A stretch of 64,000 nucleotides of DNA from NCBI GenBank assembly GCA_036172245.1, contig JAYWIR010000006.1, positions 4,650,001-4,714,000 of the forward strand, given 5' to 3'. The translations under genes and the position numbers were made by a program. The DNA comes from Raillietiella orientalis. Lineage: Eukaryota. Of this stretch, positions 26,301 to 37,649 are shown piece after piece. How positions within the stretch are numbered: the first letter of the stretch is position 1; each line of letters begins with the position of its first letter. The notes beneath the pieces are model-generated. The model saw nothing but the letters and a program-made list of their open reading frames with translations, had not been told where the DNA came from and ran no database searches.

Positions 26301-27403
26301 AAGGTCACCGGGAGTCAGTGCCACTGCAGTCCGGTGACCTTCCTCTTCCCAGCCATCCTCTTTGTTTTCCTTTCACTAACGCGTTGCTCCCTTCCTCCCT
26401 TCCCGGACAGAGTGCGTGGCGGACATTGGCTCAACCAAATGGCTGTTCCGGACGCTTGATCGGGCAAACGATGCAGACCACCGGGAACCCCATGCTTCTT
26501 AGACCGAGGAGGGTGCATCCCATTCCCTGGATATTTATTTATCCCCGTTCTCCACCTTGGTTTCATATTTCCAGCTAGGTGAACGCCCTTTCGTTTCGAA
26601 AAGGCCGCTTCTACACAGTGGCAGCAAGAATTTTTCTTTTTTTTTATTTGATTCAAACGAACGGTCCAGCGAACCGTACGAGAGGGCGATCACTCGAAGG
26701 AAACCTGGCAACCCTGCTAAGAGGCATCTCGGCCGCATCGTCGTGCTGAGGTGCGGCTGTCGCGGATTCGAGCCTTTCACACACTCCGCGGCCTGTCCTC
26801 TCTGTTCTCGGCAACAGGCAGCGGCCGTTTGAGGACCGGGCGTGGGACGGCGGCCGGCGGAAGGGAGGCAAGACAACTTCCAAACCAGGATAAAGCGGAG
26901 GTGGTGCTCAGGGGCGCCGCAAGGAAGGTGGCGGAGCGAACGACGGTCCTCTTCCTCCTTGAGGTCCCTGGATCGGTGAAGAGGACAGTAGCTCTCCGGC
27001 GCGCCACCTGAATCTGACCTCCCGCTGACTCGACGCTGCAGGAAGGAGGAGGGGGTGGGAAGTCCCGGTTCTGCTGGAAGGCCGTGCTCCCCTTCACCCG
27101 CCTCCACCTTCCGAACCGCCCTGTGACGCCTCTGGCGGCGGAGGGGGGGGAGTTCCATAGCCCTCGTGCCCTTGCGAAAGGATCCGGGAGAACCCACGGG
27201 GAAGCGAACTCTTCGGGAGAGCGATCGCTGGACCACCTGCAGCGACCACGACGTCGTGCGCTCGGTCGGATGGGGGTCGGCGCTTCCCACAGGACAGAAG
27301 TCCTTTCCAGGTGTAAACGAGTCTCCCGTTTCCGGGAGGAGGACTCCCACGCGCGGTTGCCTCAGCAACCTCCCTGCCGCTCTTCCCCTCCGCGTGGCCC
27401 GGT

Positions 27404-30400
27404 TCAGCAAGGGAGGGCGCGACAGGAGATCAGGGAGGAGACGATGGAGATGGCGATGGCGATGGCGGAGGGGGAGGTGAGAACTCGGCTGGCGGCGCCC
27501 GTCTGGCGGCACTCCGTCCCGTTGGTTCTCCTGGCGGCGCCGAGGGAGTCGATGGCGCGTATGCACACGGCGCAGGGGGCGGGGCGGAAGATGTGCTCCC
27601 GCGCGTCGTACTCGAGGTCGATGACGACCTCCGAAGGCTCCTCCCTTGGGGAGGCGGGGTCACCGGCTGCCGTAGCGGTGCACGGTAGCGCCGTCAGCCG
27701 GAAGCCGCCCACGTCCGCGTGGGTGGACACGAACCACGTGGCTTCCAGGGAGGAGGCGTCCGTCCTGAGGAGAGGAAAGGAGAGGGGGAGGTTGCCACGG
27801 CAACGCCCGCCCCGCCACGTCCTCTTACCTGCTCAGCTGCCGGAACCGCACGTCGAGCAGCCTGCCAGAGGGTAGGACCCGGCTCGCCTCCTCGGGGCAC
27901 TCCAGTTGGTCTTCGTCCAGGTCGTGCAAGGCGTGGCCCTGCAGGAGCTGAGGCCCGGCGCAGCGAGCGCCCCTCCAGCTCGTTCGGTCCGATCGTCCCT
28001 TCAGCAGGTGAAGCAAGGGCCCCAGCGCGCAGTCGCAGAGCAGCGGGTTGCCTGGAGGGAAGGAGAAAGGTGGTGGTGTGGGGAGGTCAGCCCTCTCAGC
28101 CGGGACTCCCCGACTGAGCGAGGTCACCTCACCTTCCAGGAAGACCTCCACCCCGTCCTGCAGGGCTGCCACCACCTCCCAGACGACGCGCCGCAGCCGG
28201 TTGCCGCGCGCGTCCAGCCGGCGCAGCCTGCCTGAAGTCGGGAGACCCCCCGGGAAGCCCGTCAGGTTATTGTGCGCCACAGAGAGGTCGGTGAGGACCG
28301 GGAGCTTCGACAGCGCCTCCAGCGGAAACGTCGAGAGCTCGTTGTGAGACAGATCCAGGGTGGTCAGCTCGGTGAGATTGACCAGCGCGTCTGTGGAAGA
28401 GCGGAGGATGGAGTCGCGTGCACGCCTTCGAGGTCCCGCCTCCCACCGTGGCCGAGGGAGATGACCTCGTTGTGGCTGAGGTTGAGACTGCGCAGACCGG
28501 ATGTCCCCGCCGACATCTCCCGGCCGACTTCCGACAGCAGGTTGAAGCTGAGGTCCACGTGGCGCAGCCGGTAGGGGACATAGGGATTCCTCGGGAAGCT
28601 CCTGGGGGTGAGGTGGTCCAGGCGGTTGTGGCTGAAGGACACCTGCAGAGAAAAGGCTCCCGCCGGTCCCGCCGAACCGGGAGGGAACGCCCACCTGCTC
28701 CAGTGAGAGGCAGTGCTCCAGGATGCTGCTCGTTCCGTTGTCAATGGACCGCAGCTCGTTGTGGGACAGGTCGAGGGTGGTCAGCGCAGTGAGTCCTGAA
28801 CGAAAAAGGGGTCTGTGCCGGAGATCCTACCCTCCCCCCCCCAACCTACTCCGCCCTCTCCGCTCTCTCTCACCTCGGAAGGCCTCCGGGGTCAGCGACC
28901 TCAGCTCGTTGCGGGACAAGTCCAGTGTCTGCAACTGCCGCAGCCTCTCGAAGGGGCGTTCCTCCAGCGCGCGCATGCCGTTGGACCCGAGCCGTGCCTC
29001 CAGGAGGACCGGGAGGTCGCCGAGGGACTCCCCGGAGAGGCGGGCGATCCTGTTGCCCTCCAAGTCGATCCGCTGGACGCTCTTCAGACCCTGCAGGGCC
29101 TCAGAGGGCACCCGGGAGAGGCCGTTCCCGCGGAGGACGAGATCCCTGAGCACCAACAGGTTGTCGAACGCCCCGGGGGGCAGCGAGTCAGGGCCTCCCA
29201 GCTCGTTGTGACCCAGGTCAAGCGTGAGGAGGGAGTTCATCTGCGGCCACGATCTGGGAGCGAGGCGGGAGATGTGGTTGTGGGCCAGTTGCAGCTCCCC
29301 CAGCGCTGGGGGCGGGTCCACGACCACGCGGAGGCTGTTGTGGCTGAGGTCGAGGGTGCGGAGCGACGCCAGCCTGGAGAAGGACCCGCGGGACACGCGC
29401 CCCAGGCGGTTGTGGCTGAGGTCCAGGAGGAGGAGGGTGGAGAGGGCGCCGAAGGTGGCGCCGGAGAGGGACTCCAGCTCGTTGTGCGAGAGGAGCAGTT
29501 TCCGGACGGCCGCCAGCCCCGCGAGGGACCCCGGGTCGACCCTCCTCAGGCGGTTGTGGCTGAGGTCGACGGTGTGCAGCGAGTGGAGCGCGGGCAGGGC
29601 GCCCTTGGGCAGCTCCTCGATGGCGTTGTGGCTGAGGTCGGCCAGCAGCAGCCCCGGCATGGCGCCGAACGGGACGTCCCTCGCCGAAGCCAGCCGGTTG
29701 TGAGCCAGCAGCAGCTCCCCGACGTCGCTGCTCTCCAACGAGCCGCGGGGCAGCGCGCGGAGGTCGTTGCGGCTGAGGTCGAGGCGAGAGAGGTTGGCGC
29801 AGCGCCGGAAGGAGCCCACTTCCACCAGGGAGATGGAGTTCCCGCTGAGGTCCACGGAGACCAAGAATAGGTCGGAGAAGTCGCCCTCCCGCAGAGCGGT
29901 CAGATTGTTCCCGGATAGGTCGAGCTCCTCGAGGTAGCGCAGGTCGCCGAAGGCGCGCGCGGGCAGCGCGGGCAGCCGGTTCCTCGCCAGGCGCAGCGTG
30001 GCGATCCTGCGCAGTGGGGCGAACGCGCCCGCCTCCACGCGGGCGACGTGGTTGTCGTCCAGGGTGAGCCTGCGCAGCTGGCGGAAGGCGCGCAGATCGC
30101 GGCTACGCAGTTCGTCCACGAGGTTGCCATCGGCGCGCAGTACGCGCAGCAGCGTGTTCCTGGCGAGCGCGGCGCCGTCCAGGCGCGCCAGCAGGTTGCG
30201 GGAGACGTTCAGCCAGATGAGCTTCCCCAGGTCCCGGAAGGCGGCCGAGTCCAGCCCTTCTAGGAGGTTGGACGACACGTCCAGGAACTCCACGTTGCGC
30301 AGGTTGCGGAACACGCCCGGCCGCAGCGCAGAGATGCGGTTGCTGCTGAGGTCCAAGCGGCGCAGCTTCGCCTGACCGCTGAGGTCCGGGACGCCGCGCA

Positions 30401-30929
30401 GCTCCTGGCGCACCAGTGACAGAGACAGCAGGCCGCCCAGCCCGGGGAGCCGGACGGCCTCGGTCAGGCCGCTACCGTTCACCACGAGCTCCTCGAGGGC
30501 GTTCAGTCGCAGCGCCGGGGGCACGTCGCGCAGCTCGGTGTTGACCAGCCGCAGCACGCGCAGCGTCCCGTTGACCCAGGAGAACGCCGCTGGCTCCAGA
30601 CCCGAGACGGGTGTGTCCTCGATGGTGAGTTCGGTCACCGACAGCCACCGCAGCAGGGGGCCGCGCAGGAACCGGAAGCTGTTGCCGCCCAGCTCCAGGG
30701 CGGAGATGGGACGGCGCACCCTCCTCAGGCCGACAGAGATCGAGGCCAGGTTACTCCGCCGGCAGCTGATCCTGAGACCCTTCTCGTTGCCCCCCTGGCA
30801 GACGCAGGGGTGGATGTCCGTGGCGCCGCCCACCGGGCAGGCGTGGTCGGCTGCCGCCGCAACCGCCACCGCCAGGCTGCAGAGGGCGACCAGCAGCAGG
30901 CGACCGTTCGTCTTCGGGGGCGGCGCCAT
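27404..30929 (-). CDS. Secreted/cell-surface leucine-rich repeat protein, chaoptin/artichoke-like, 6 exons
   Basis: ATG at 30929, signal peptide (LLLVALCSLAVAVAAA), Cys-rich LRRNT, many LxxLxLxxNxL repeats, FPRNPYVPYRLRHVDLSFN, LRRCT (GNPLLCDC...RCAGP...LECP), an FN3-like segment and a hydrophobic tail. Five GT-AG introns keep the frame to TGA at 27404. Very GC-rich codons. Confidence 0.9.
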
Positions 30930-31074
30930 CCCTACGGCCGCTCGCGTCCATCCAAGCGCTGGGTAAAGTGGGGTGGGTGGGAGCGGGCGCGTAGGCGGCG
31001 GCCGGAGAAAGCACGGCGCGCACCTCGCATGGGCGCTCCCTCGAAGACCCTGGCGGCAAACGACCATGGTTGGT

Positions 31075-31077
<3 letters not shown>

Positions 31078-31109
<32 letters not shown>
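31078..31109. repeat. (GA)n microsatellite just upstream of the LRR gene start
   Basis: Uninterrupted GA run. Confidence 0.95.
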
Positions 31110-31113
<4 letters not shown>

Positions 31114-33090
31114 GGGGGGGGAGAGGGAGGCAGCGGTCAGGCATCCCGCCCCGTTCCACCCTCACCATCCTCTTTCCCCGCGAGCATCTCCCACGACGAC
31201 ATTTCGTGACGTTTCGGGTCCTTTTGTCACGCAGCGGACGCACAACAGCGCGCGGGCGTCTGCTGTCCGGGGCGGTCTTTAAGGGGGGAACAGGGGAAGT
31301 TCCACGCTCCTCCCGATCCACCCACCCCTGTTGAGCAACGGTGCAAAGGAAACGCCGCGTTTCAAAATCCTCACCGGGAGGAGGGAATGCACGCTTCCAC
31401 GGGCACTCGGAATCGCAAATGGCCTCCGTGATCTGCAGACACCACGGAGGTCGTCAGCGAGCGTGTCCGGTGGCAACCGAAAAATGCAAAGCAAACAGAC
31501 AAACAACAACAACAACAAAAGACACAGAGGGAAGCAAAACCGACTTGACCACAAAATGCACGAGGAGGGAACCTTCTTTGCATTCCTGCGGCAAATCGGC
31601 AGTTCTCCCCTGCCCCACGCTCCCGCGTCTGTTTTCTGCGATCCGATTGCAAGAATAGGAAAGAAAAGAAAGAAAAAAAGGGGGAGGGGAGGGGAGGGGG
31701 GGAGGAAGGAGAAAGAGGGAGGCAAAAACAAAGAGCCGTGCCTCGCGTTTCTTCACAGGTTTCCCATCAAACTAGAGAAAAGAAGCGGAGGGCGCCCACG
31801 ACGGGCTAAGATGCGCCGCGCGCGCGCCCCCCCCCCCCCACACACACACATGCACATGCACACCGTGCCCTCTCTCCCTCTCTCCCGCCACACCTGCCTG
31901 TTGCTTTGGAGACCAGTCAGGAAGAGGCGACGGAAGCGACGGGCATCCCGGCAAGTGCACTTCCAGTCCACGCCACGCGCGCGTCCGACTGCGCGCGCGC
32001 GGTGCGTCCGCTCGCTTTCTCCGTGACCCGCGCCCGGAGTGATTGGGCACGAACTGAGCCTCCATTTCGAGCATGACCGCAGGGTGACGCAAACGCCTGA
32101 CCGTTGGTCTCGCACGCCCGACTCAAGGAAAAATCGTTTTTGAACACGGTCCGCTGGCGAGCGGGAGTATTTGTCATTCTTTCCGTATTGCCGGTGAGAA
32201 AGAAAGAATGTAAGGTGAAAAGGAAGAAAAAAAATTGGAAACGTTCGAGCAAAGTGTTCTGCTGGTCAGGGGGGCGCGCGCGTGCTCGCGGTTTCCGCCG
32301 AATGATTCCGAGTATGCTGAGAATTCGGCAAGGGTTCACGCGTTTCCCCCCCCCCCCCAAAAAAAAAAAAATTGGCTCTCGGGCAGAAATTTGTCGAATT
32401 TCATCTTAAGAAAGGAGATCTTAGGCAATCGGTTGATTCCCTCCCTCCTCGCCCCCCCTCCTTCCTCCCTAGCCCTCGGGCACTCGTTTCGCACGTTCCG
32501 TTTGGACCGGCTCGAGCCTGCCCTTTGAAATCCTGCAGCTGCAGGTGTTTTTCGCATCGGGTGGGTGTGCCGGGAACTGCTCCCGTGTTCCCGGCGAACG
32601 CGGACGGTGCCACGCGCGGGCCGAGGAAACATTTCCAACGCGCCAGTAAATAAATCGGGTAAATGCGGTCATCTGGGAAGGGATGCGAACGGACTCGAGT
32701 ATTTGGAATGGGCGAAGAAAGGCCCGGAAGGCTCGATTCCCTGAGGTGCTGAAGCGACGGGCGTGTCGCCGACGCATCTCCTCCACCGCTCGGCAAAAAG
32801 CACACTTCCAGGAGGAACGTCTCCTCAGATGCGCGTGAATTCGGAGACTCCGTTTCTTTTCCCTTCCAGAAGTGCTCGCTTCCCTTTCGAGGGCTGGCAG
32901 GAGATGTGGCAAACAACAACAACGACAACGAGGAAACCACTCGCATGCGTTTTCCATGCACGTCAGTTACTCTTCAGCCAATCTGCCGATTCAGCACGCA
33001 TTTCCGTTACTCGCCAAAGAACGAAAACGGGAAATTCGGCGTCACTGCGCATTTCGCGTGTGAGATGGAAAGAGAGAGAGAGAGAGGGAG

Positions 33091-33813
33091 ATGGAAGAAG
33101 AGTCCGCCGCAGCAGCAGTTGCCACAAGCATCGTACTCTTATGCCACCTGAGGGAAGGCGTGCCGGAACTTCGCCCAGTAACCAAAGGAAGCCCATACTG
33201 TTCACGCCAGACTGGAATTCTCACCGTCGACGCAAAGACAGCCCATCCTCCCCTCCCTTCATCCCCGAAGCAAACCAATTATCAATGCAAATGGGTTGCT
33301 TCTTTCGGGCAATTGAGCACGAGAAACCTACCATTCAGAGGGAAGCAGATGCAAGCCACAATTGATGCTGGCTTGTTAAAACCAGTAGTTCATGTTTTGG
33401 GTTACGGAGAGTTGTTCCAATCTCAAAAGGAAGCTGCATGGGCAGTTACTAATTGGACTTCTGGTGGTGCCTTTGATCAGACAGCTGACCTCTGTCCAGA
33501 GAATGAAACGCTGCAATCTTTTCGTAATTTGTTGCAGGCCAAAGATACTAAGATAATTCGGACCGTACTGGATGGCCTTGGCAATATTTTAAAGGCGGGT
33601 GGAACGGTGAACCAAACAGAGCGAGTAAGTTATGCCATTGAAGCTTGTGGAGGATCAGATAAATTAGAGATCTTACAAAATCACGCAATTTACCAGGAAG
33701 CACGGTTTCTTCTAGATGTGTACTTTGATACTGAATATGAAAGTGTTCCTCCTACTACCGTAGGTACATGTGAACTTCATGTGGCCTCACCAGAAGGTGG
33801 TTTTGCATTTTAA
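33091..33813 (+). pseudogene. Intronless C-terminal fragment of importin-alpha (alpha2/pendulin-like); retrocopy or retrogene
   Basis: QMQATIDAGLL...QKEAAWAVTNWTSGG...NLLQAKDTKII..VLDGL.NIL...IEACGG.DKLE.LQNH...GGFAF* matches the last ARM repeats and C-terminus of importin-alpha. No IBB domain or early ARM repeats; no introns. Confidence 0.85.
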
Positions 33814-34139
33814 GTATTTCTGGTACTGCATGGTGAGCTCAGGAAAGAGCTTCGTGCGTAGGAGATGTGCACCCTGGGGAGGATACCTCCCGCCTTCACG
33901 AGGGCAACGAGGAATCGAATTATTCTCTAGAATATGTCCTTAACTGATAACGGGGGGAGCTTACAGCGCTTGGGCTGAAAGTCGATGCGGTATTTACTCC
34001 ACAGAAAATGCTTGCCGGGAGGGACAGGGGCAACAGAGCATCCCGAGTTCGGGGATGATGGTGGCTGGCTGCACGATTTGCCGAGGCAAGGACCCCGGAC
34101 GTTTTGAAGGAAGCCGCTCACGAAAGGGTCCGCATGTCC

Positions 34140-36480
34140 CAGCAGACGTTCAGCGTAGATAAGGTACGTTCGCGCGGAAGGATGTGTGCCAGAAGCGCAA
34201 GCCTTTCATCACAGGGAGAGACCGAGTCTTCACGATAGCATGGTTCTTCACCGGGAGAGCGGCTGCAGGCCCTGCCATCGGGTGTCCAGCGGACGGAAAG
34301 CGGAACACATCCGACAGCGACGTCAAGGCGCACCCGGACGGTAGTCAGGGGCAAGCGGGCGGGCTGAAAGGTGGGGTGGCCATTTGCGAGAGAAGCACCC
34401 TAGATCACATCAGGGAAGTCGATATCCAGTGCGCGTCGCCTGAGGAAGAAAATCACCTCGAGCCTGCGTGAGCACAGTTCGACGGGAGGGAGTGCAAGCG
34501 TCTCTTGTTGCGAAACACCCCGGATCAAGGGAGGACCGCGACCCGCGTGGAGCTTCGGGGGCATTCCCTCTTCAACAGAAGAACGCCTCTGGTCTGGCAG
34601 GTCACAGATTGGCGAGACTCAACCTTCTTCCGCCTGTGCAGACACCATCCACCAGGGACGGCGCGGATCGCCCGTGCAGAAGAAGCATCCTCAAGACGTG
34701 CATCAGCAATCGATCCGCGGCTGCAGGATGGGGGTGACCCAGATCCAGAAGACCTCCTCGAAACGGCTGGGAGTTGGAAGTCGCCGACCAAGCCAATCTG
34801 GGAACAGATTCGAAGAGAAAGCCAGTTCTTCCGCTCCATGAATAAGGAAACCAAGTATTGAGGATTGGCTTTGTCTTTCGCCCGCCACCGTAACAGCAAC
34901 AGCGTAGTAGGATCCCCGGAACTCTGCGATCCGAGACACAATGGAATGTTTCGATGGCTCAGAAGCACAAGAAACTCAGAAGCACTGGCAGACAGGGCAC
35001 ATCAAGAAAGAGATGATGTGCTCGGACACAGTGCTCCCAGGATGTGATATTTAATCGAATCACATCATTCGTTATCAACACTTTGCCGATGAGGAAAGTT
35101 TCCTGCCGTAAAGTATTGCCAATGATGTAAAGGCACAAATATACATATTTTTCTTTTAATCTTCTCCAGAAACAATTTAACATTTGAGAGGATGTGATTT
35201 AACCTCTAATTAACTCCACTGGATTTGCCTTGAACCGCTTTCCTCGAACTGCTGTTATCAGAAAAGACATCCGGCCTTTTTCCAGTATATGAAACAATTT
35301 CCTAAGACGCCGACGCTTGACCTTGGAGGAAAAGTTCCGTAGTGTCGAGCATCATGTTAAAATCATGCAGTCGACATTGATGCCCGGTTGGCCTCACTGC
35401 AGGAATGGACTCACCAAAGCACCTTGTCCACTTTTCTTTCATTCAAATTAGCTCCTAATGTGCGAACAATAAAGATTCACGGATGCTGTTCGTCAGTGGC
35501 AGGCAGGTCAATTTTTTCCCCTCATTTCTGAAGAAACTCCGTGAAAATCGCGAGACAAACTCCTAAAGGGGAGGGAACGTTTTGGCCGCCGATAGCCAAA
35601 ACCCCATTCCGTCCTAGGAGCGGTGAACGGTTACGTTGAGTGCCGCCCTCGACCGCCAAGATTTCTCCTTGCCATCTGACCACTCCCAGCCACCGAGCCA
35701 GGGTAAAGTGGAGTAAACCAACTTCCCAATGAACGAACACTCTTGGATTGACCGTAAATCCTTTTGCCAAGTGGTACACATTCCATGACCAGCCACGCTT
35801 TGACTTCGGAACGCACGCAGCCTTCTGAAACGACGAAGACACCCATAGAAGAGCCGAGTACACGTTATTCACAGTGCTACGGACACTTGTAGGTGATTTT
35901 GCGTACGACTAAAGAACGTTTCGTTGGCGAAATCCTGAATTTTTTCTGGACAGGACGCGATTTACAGGAGGACCTGATGCATTTGGGTAGTTCATTCCAA
36001 CTCTTCGCGCTTGCGCTTCGAGATTTGCCTGGCTATTCTCCCATAACCTTCACAGCAGCTCCAGCGAGACACACAAACTGCTTCCCCATTCGTACACCTA
36101 GGAATTCTGCACTACGGTGCTGTGAAGCTTACGTACTGGAAGATGGCAGAGTCAACAAAAGTCGGTTTGCTAAAATGGAAGCTATCTTTAACACGGCAGC
36201 TACTCTGCTATCGCTACGTGCACGTTTCTCTATTTCCTTCGAAAGTTCCACACCAGTTGTATCTTCTATTCCGAAAACTTGGCAAAAGTGAAGCCAGTGG
36301 CCACTGACACATCTCGCTGAAATGGTCGCCACCTTTCCGGCTGACTTCCGGCTTTTCTTTCTTTTTGTCACACGGACGATCACAGAAGACTTTTGCTTTG
36401 ATCAATACTTCGGCGAGGATGGACTATTCGATGTTTTACGGGCAATCCCATACAAACGACTTGGGGGCTTAAAACACGAC
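34140..36480 (-). mobile_element. Decayed Penelope-like retroelement remnant
   Basis: Ordered minus-strand motifs across frameshifts: RLYG(LP)..H, VKDSFHF, YVSF, NGVLAIG...SPLGVCLAIFTEFL, FWRR, LFLDV, LRICSQ...GSPPS. These resemble the Penelope RT and thumb motifs (LYGLPKIHK, VKDS, VSFDV, DGVAMGSPL, WxRYVDD, FLDV, RICS..NGYP). Confidence 0.45.
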
Positions 36481-36786
36481 GGACGGAAGAAAATAGAAAT
36501 TCAGGAGGACCAACGTTTCCAAAACATTCCTTTAAGGCTGGAGTTCGAAGAGCTTGCTTCTCGGGAACGCTTCAAAGCCTCGGAACCTCTCCCATTAGGA
36601 GCTTGACGAGCGACACCCTTGTTTCTCACACCCTGTACACCACCACCGAGCCGTGCAACACGAGGTTTTCGAAGGGCGTCGCTGGGCAGTCGCTGCGTGA
36701 AGGATCGTCGGAAAAGTTCGGGCCGCAGCAAACTCCGGAGCACTCCATAAGAGAGATTATCGTGGTGCTCGTCCCGAACCAACCTA

Positions 36787-36903
36787 ATGGAAAGGTGCGC
36801 GCAGTCTGTGGAGGGGAATCTTTGCTGCGCTGCAGCTCTTGCAAGGCAAGCTCTTATTGCAGCCAGGAGCACCAGAAGCTCCACTGGAAAGCTCATAAAA
36901 AAG
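36787..36903 (+). pseudogene. MYND zinc-finger exon with a 2-nt frameshift
   Basis: Removing one GC from TGCGCGCA gives MERCAVCGGESLLRCSSCKASSYCSQEHQKLHWKAHKK, a complete MYND motif. No downstream exons were recognised. Confidence 0.7.
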
Positions 36904-37649
36904 TACGAACAGGTCTCTGGTCACCTGGGTCCACGCCTGGTTGCATCCCGAGATCCGAAGGAAGACGTGATGTCCGCTGGATATCACGACTTCAAAGTCT
37001 CACATGTACTCTGCAGGGAAACTCGTCTTTCCCGGGGTAAAAAGGAGTTTTCCCCCCTATGCGGGTATTACGCACCGAATTACGCACACATGGTTCAGGC
37101 CGACCAATCAAAACGATGTAGCGAACATCCCTGAGAACGTACTTCTTCCCAGTGCGTTGCATTCTTGATGTCAGGTGTTTCCCGTAAAAACTGCATCGTT
37201 CACATTATAATCCAAAACACATATGGAAGCAAAAATTTCAAATTCTTGGCCGCACGTCCTTCCATTTCGCCTGATTTTGATTTCACACTTCTCGTGTTGA
37301 AAAGGTAACCGGTAAACAACAAAGGTGGTACCTTTTTCCTCAAACTAATGAGAAGCAAATTCGAAAACACTAAAACTTTGATGAATACGCCTGTCATTCG
37401 AGCTTTCGTTCATCGGCTTTGTCCATTACAAGATACACTTTATCAAAGTAGCTATGCCTATTTGCCATATTCACTTTATTCCATACAAATCGCACCTTCC
37501 ACAATTTCTGTAATCTTGTTTATCTGAAGCTCACAATTATTTGCATAAGATTTGCATTTCTTACAGCTTGTTCTATGCGCAAATGTAAGTGAACTTCTTA
37601 GATTCATAAAAGGCCACCTCTTGAATCGAATTCGGTAATGATGCCACTT

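Noticed and set aside
28815..29870. 351-aa plus-strand ORF
   Set aside because: Antisense shadow of the GC-rich LRR coding exon.
35300..35360. RRRRLTLEEK resembling a pogo/Tigger N-terminal helix-turn-helix
   Set aside because: Too short, no downstream DDE domain or TIR, and it overlaps the Penelope-like remnant on the other strand.
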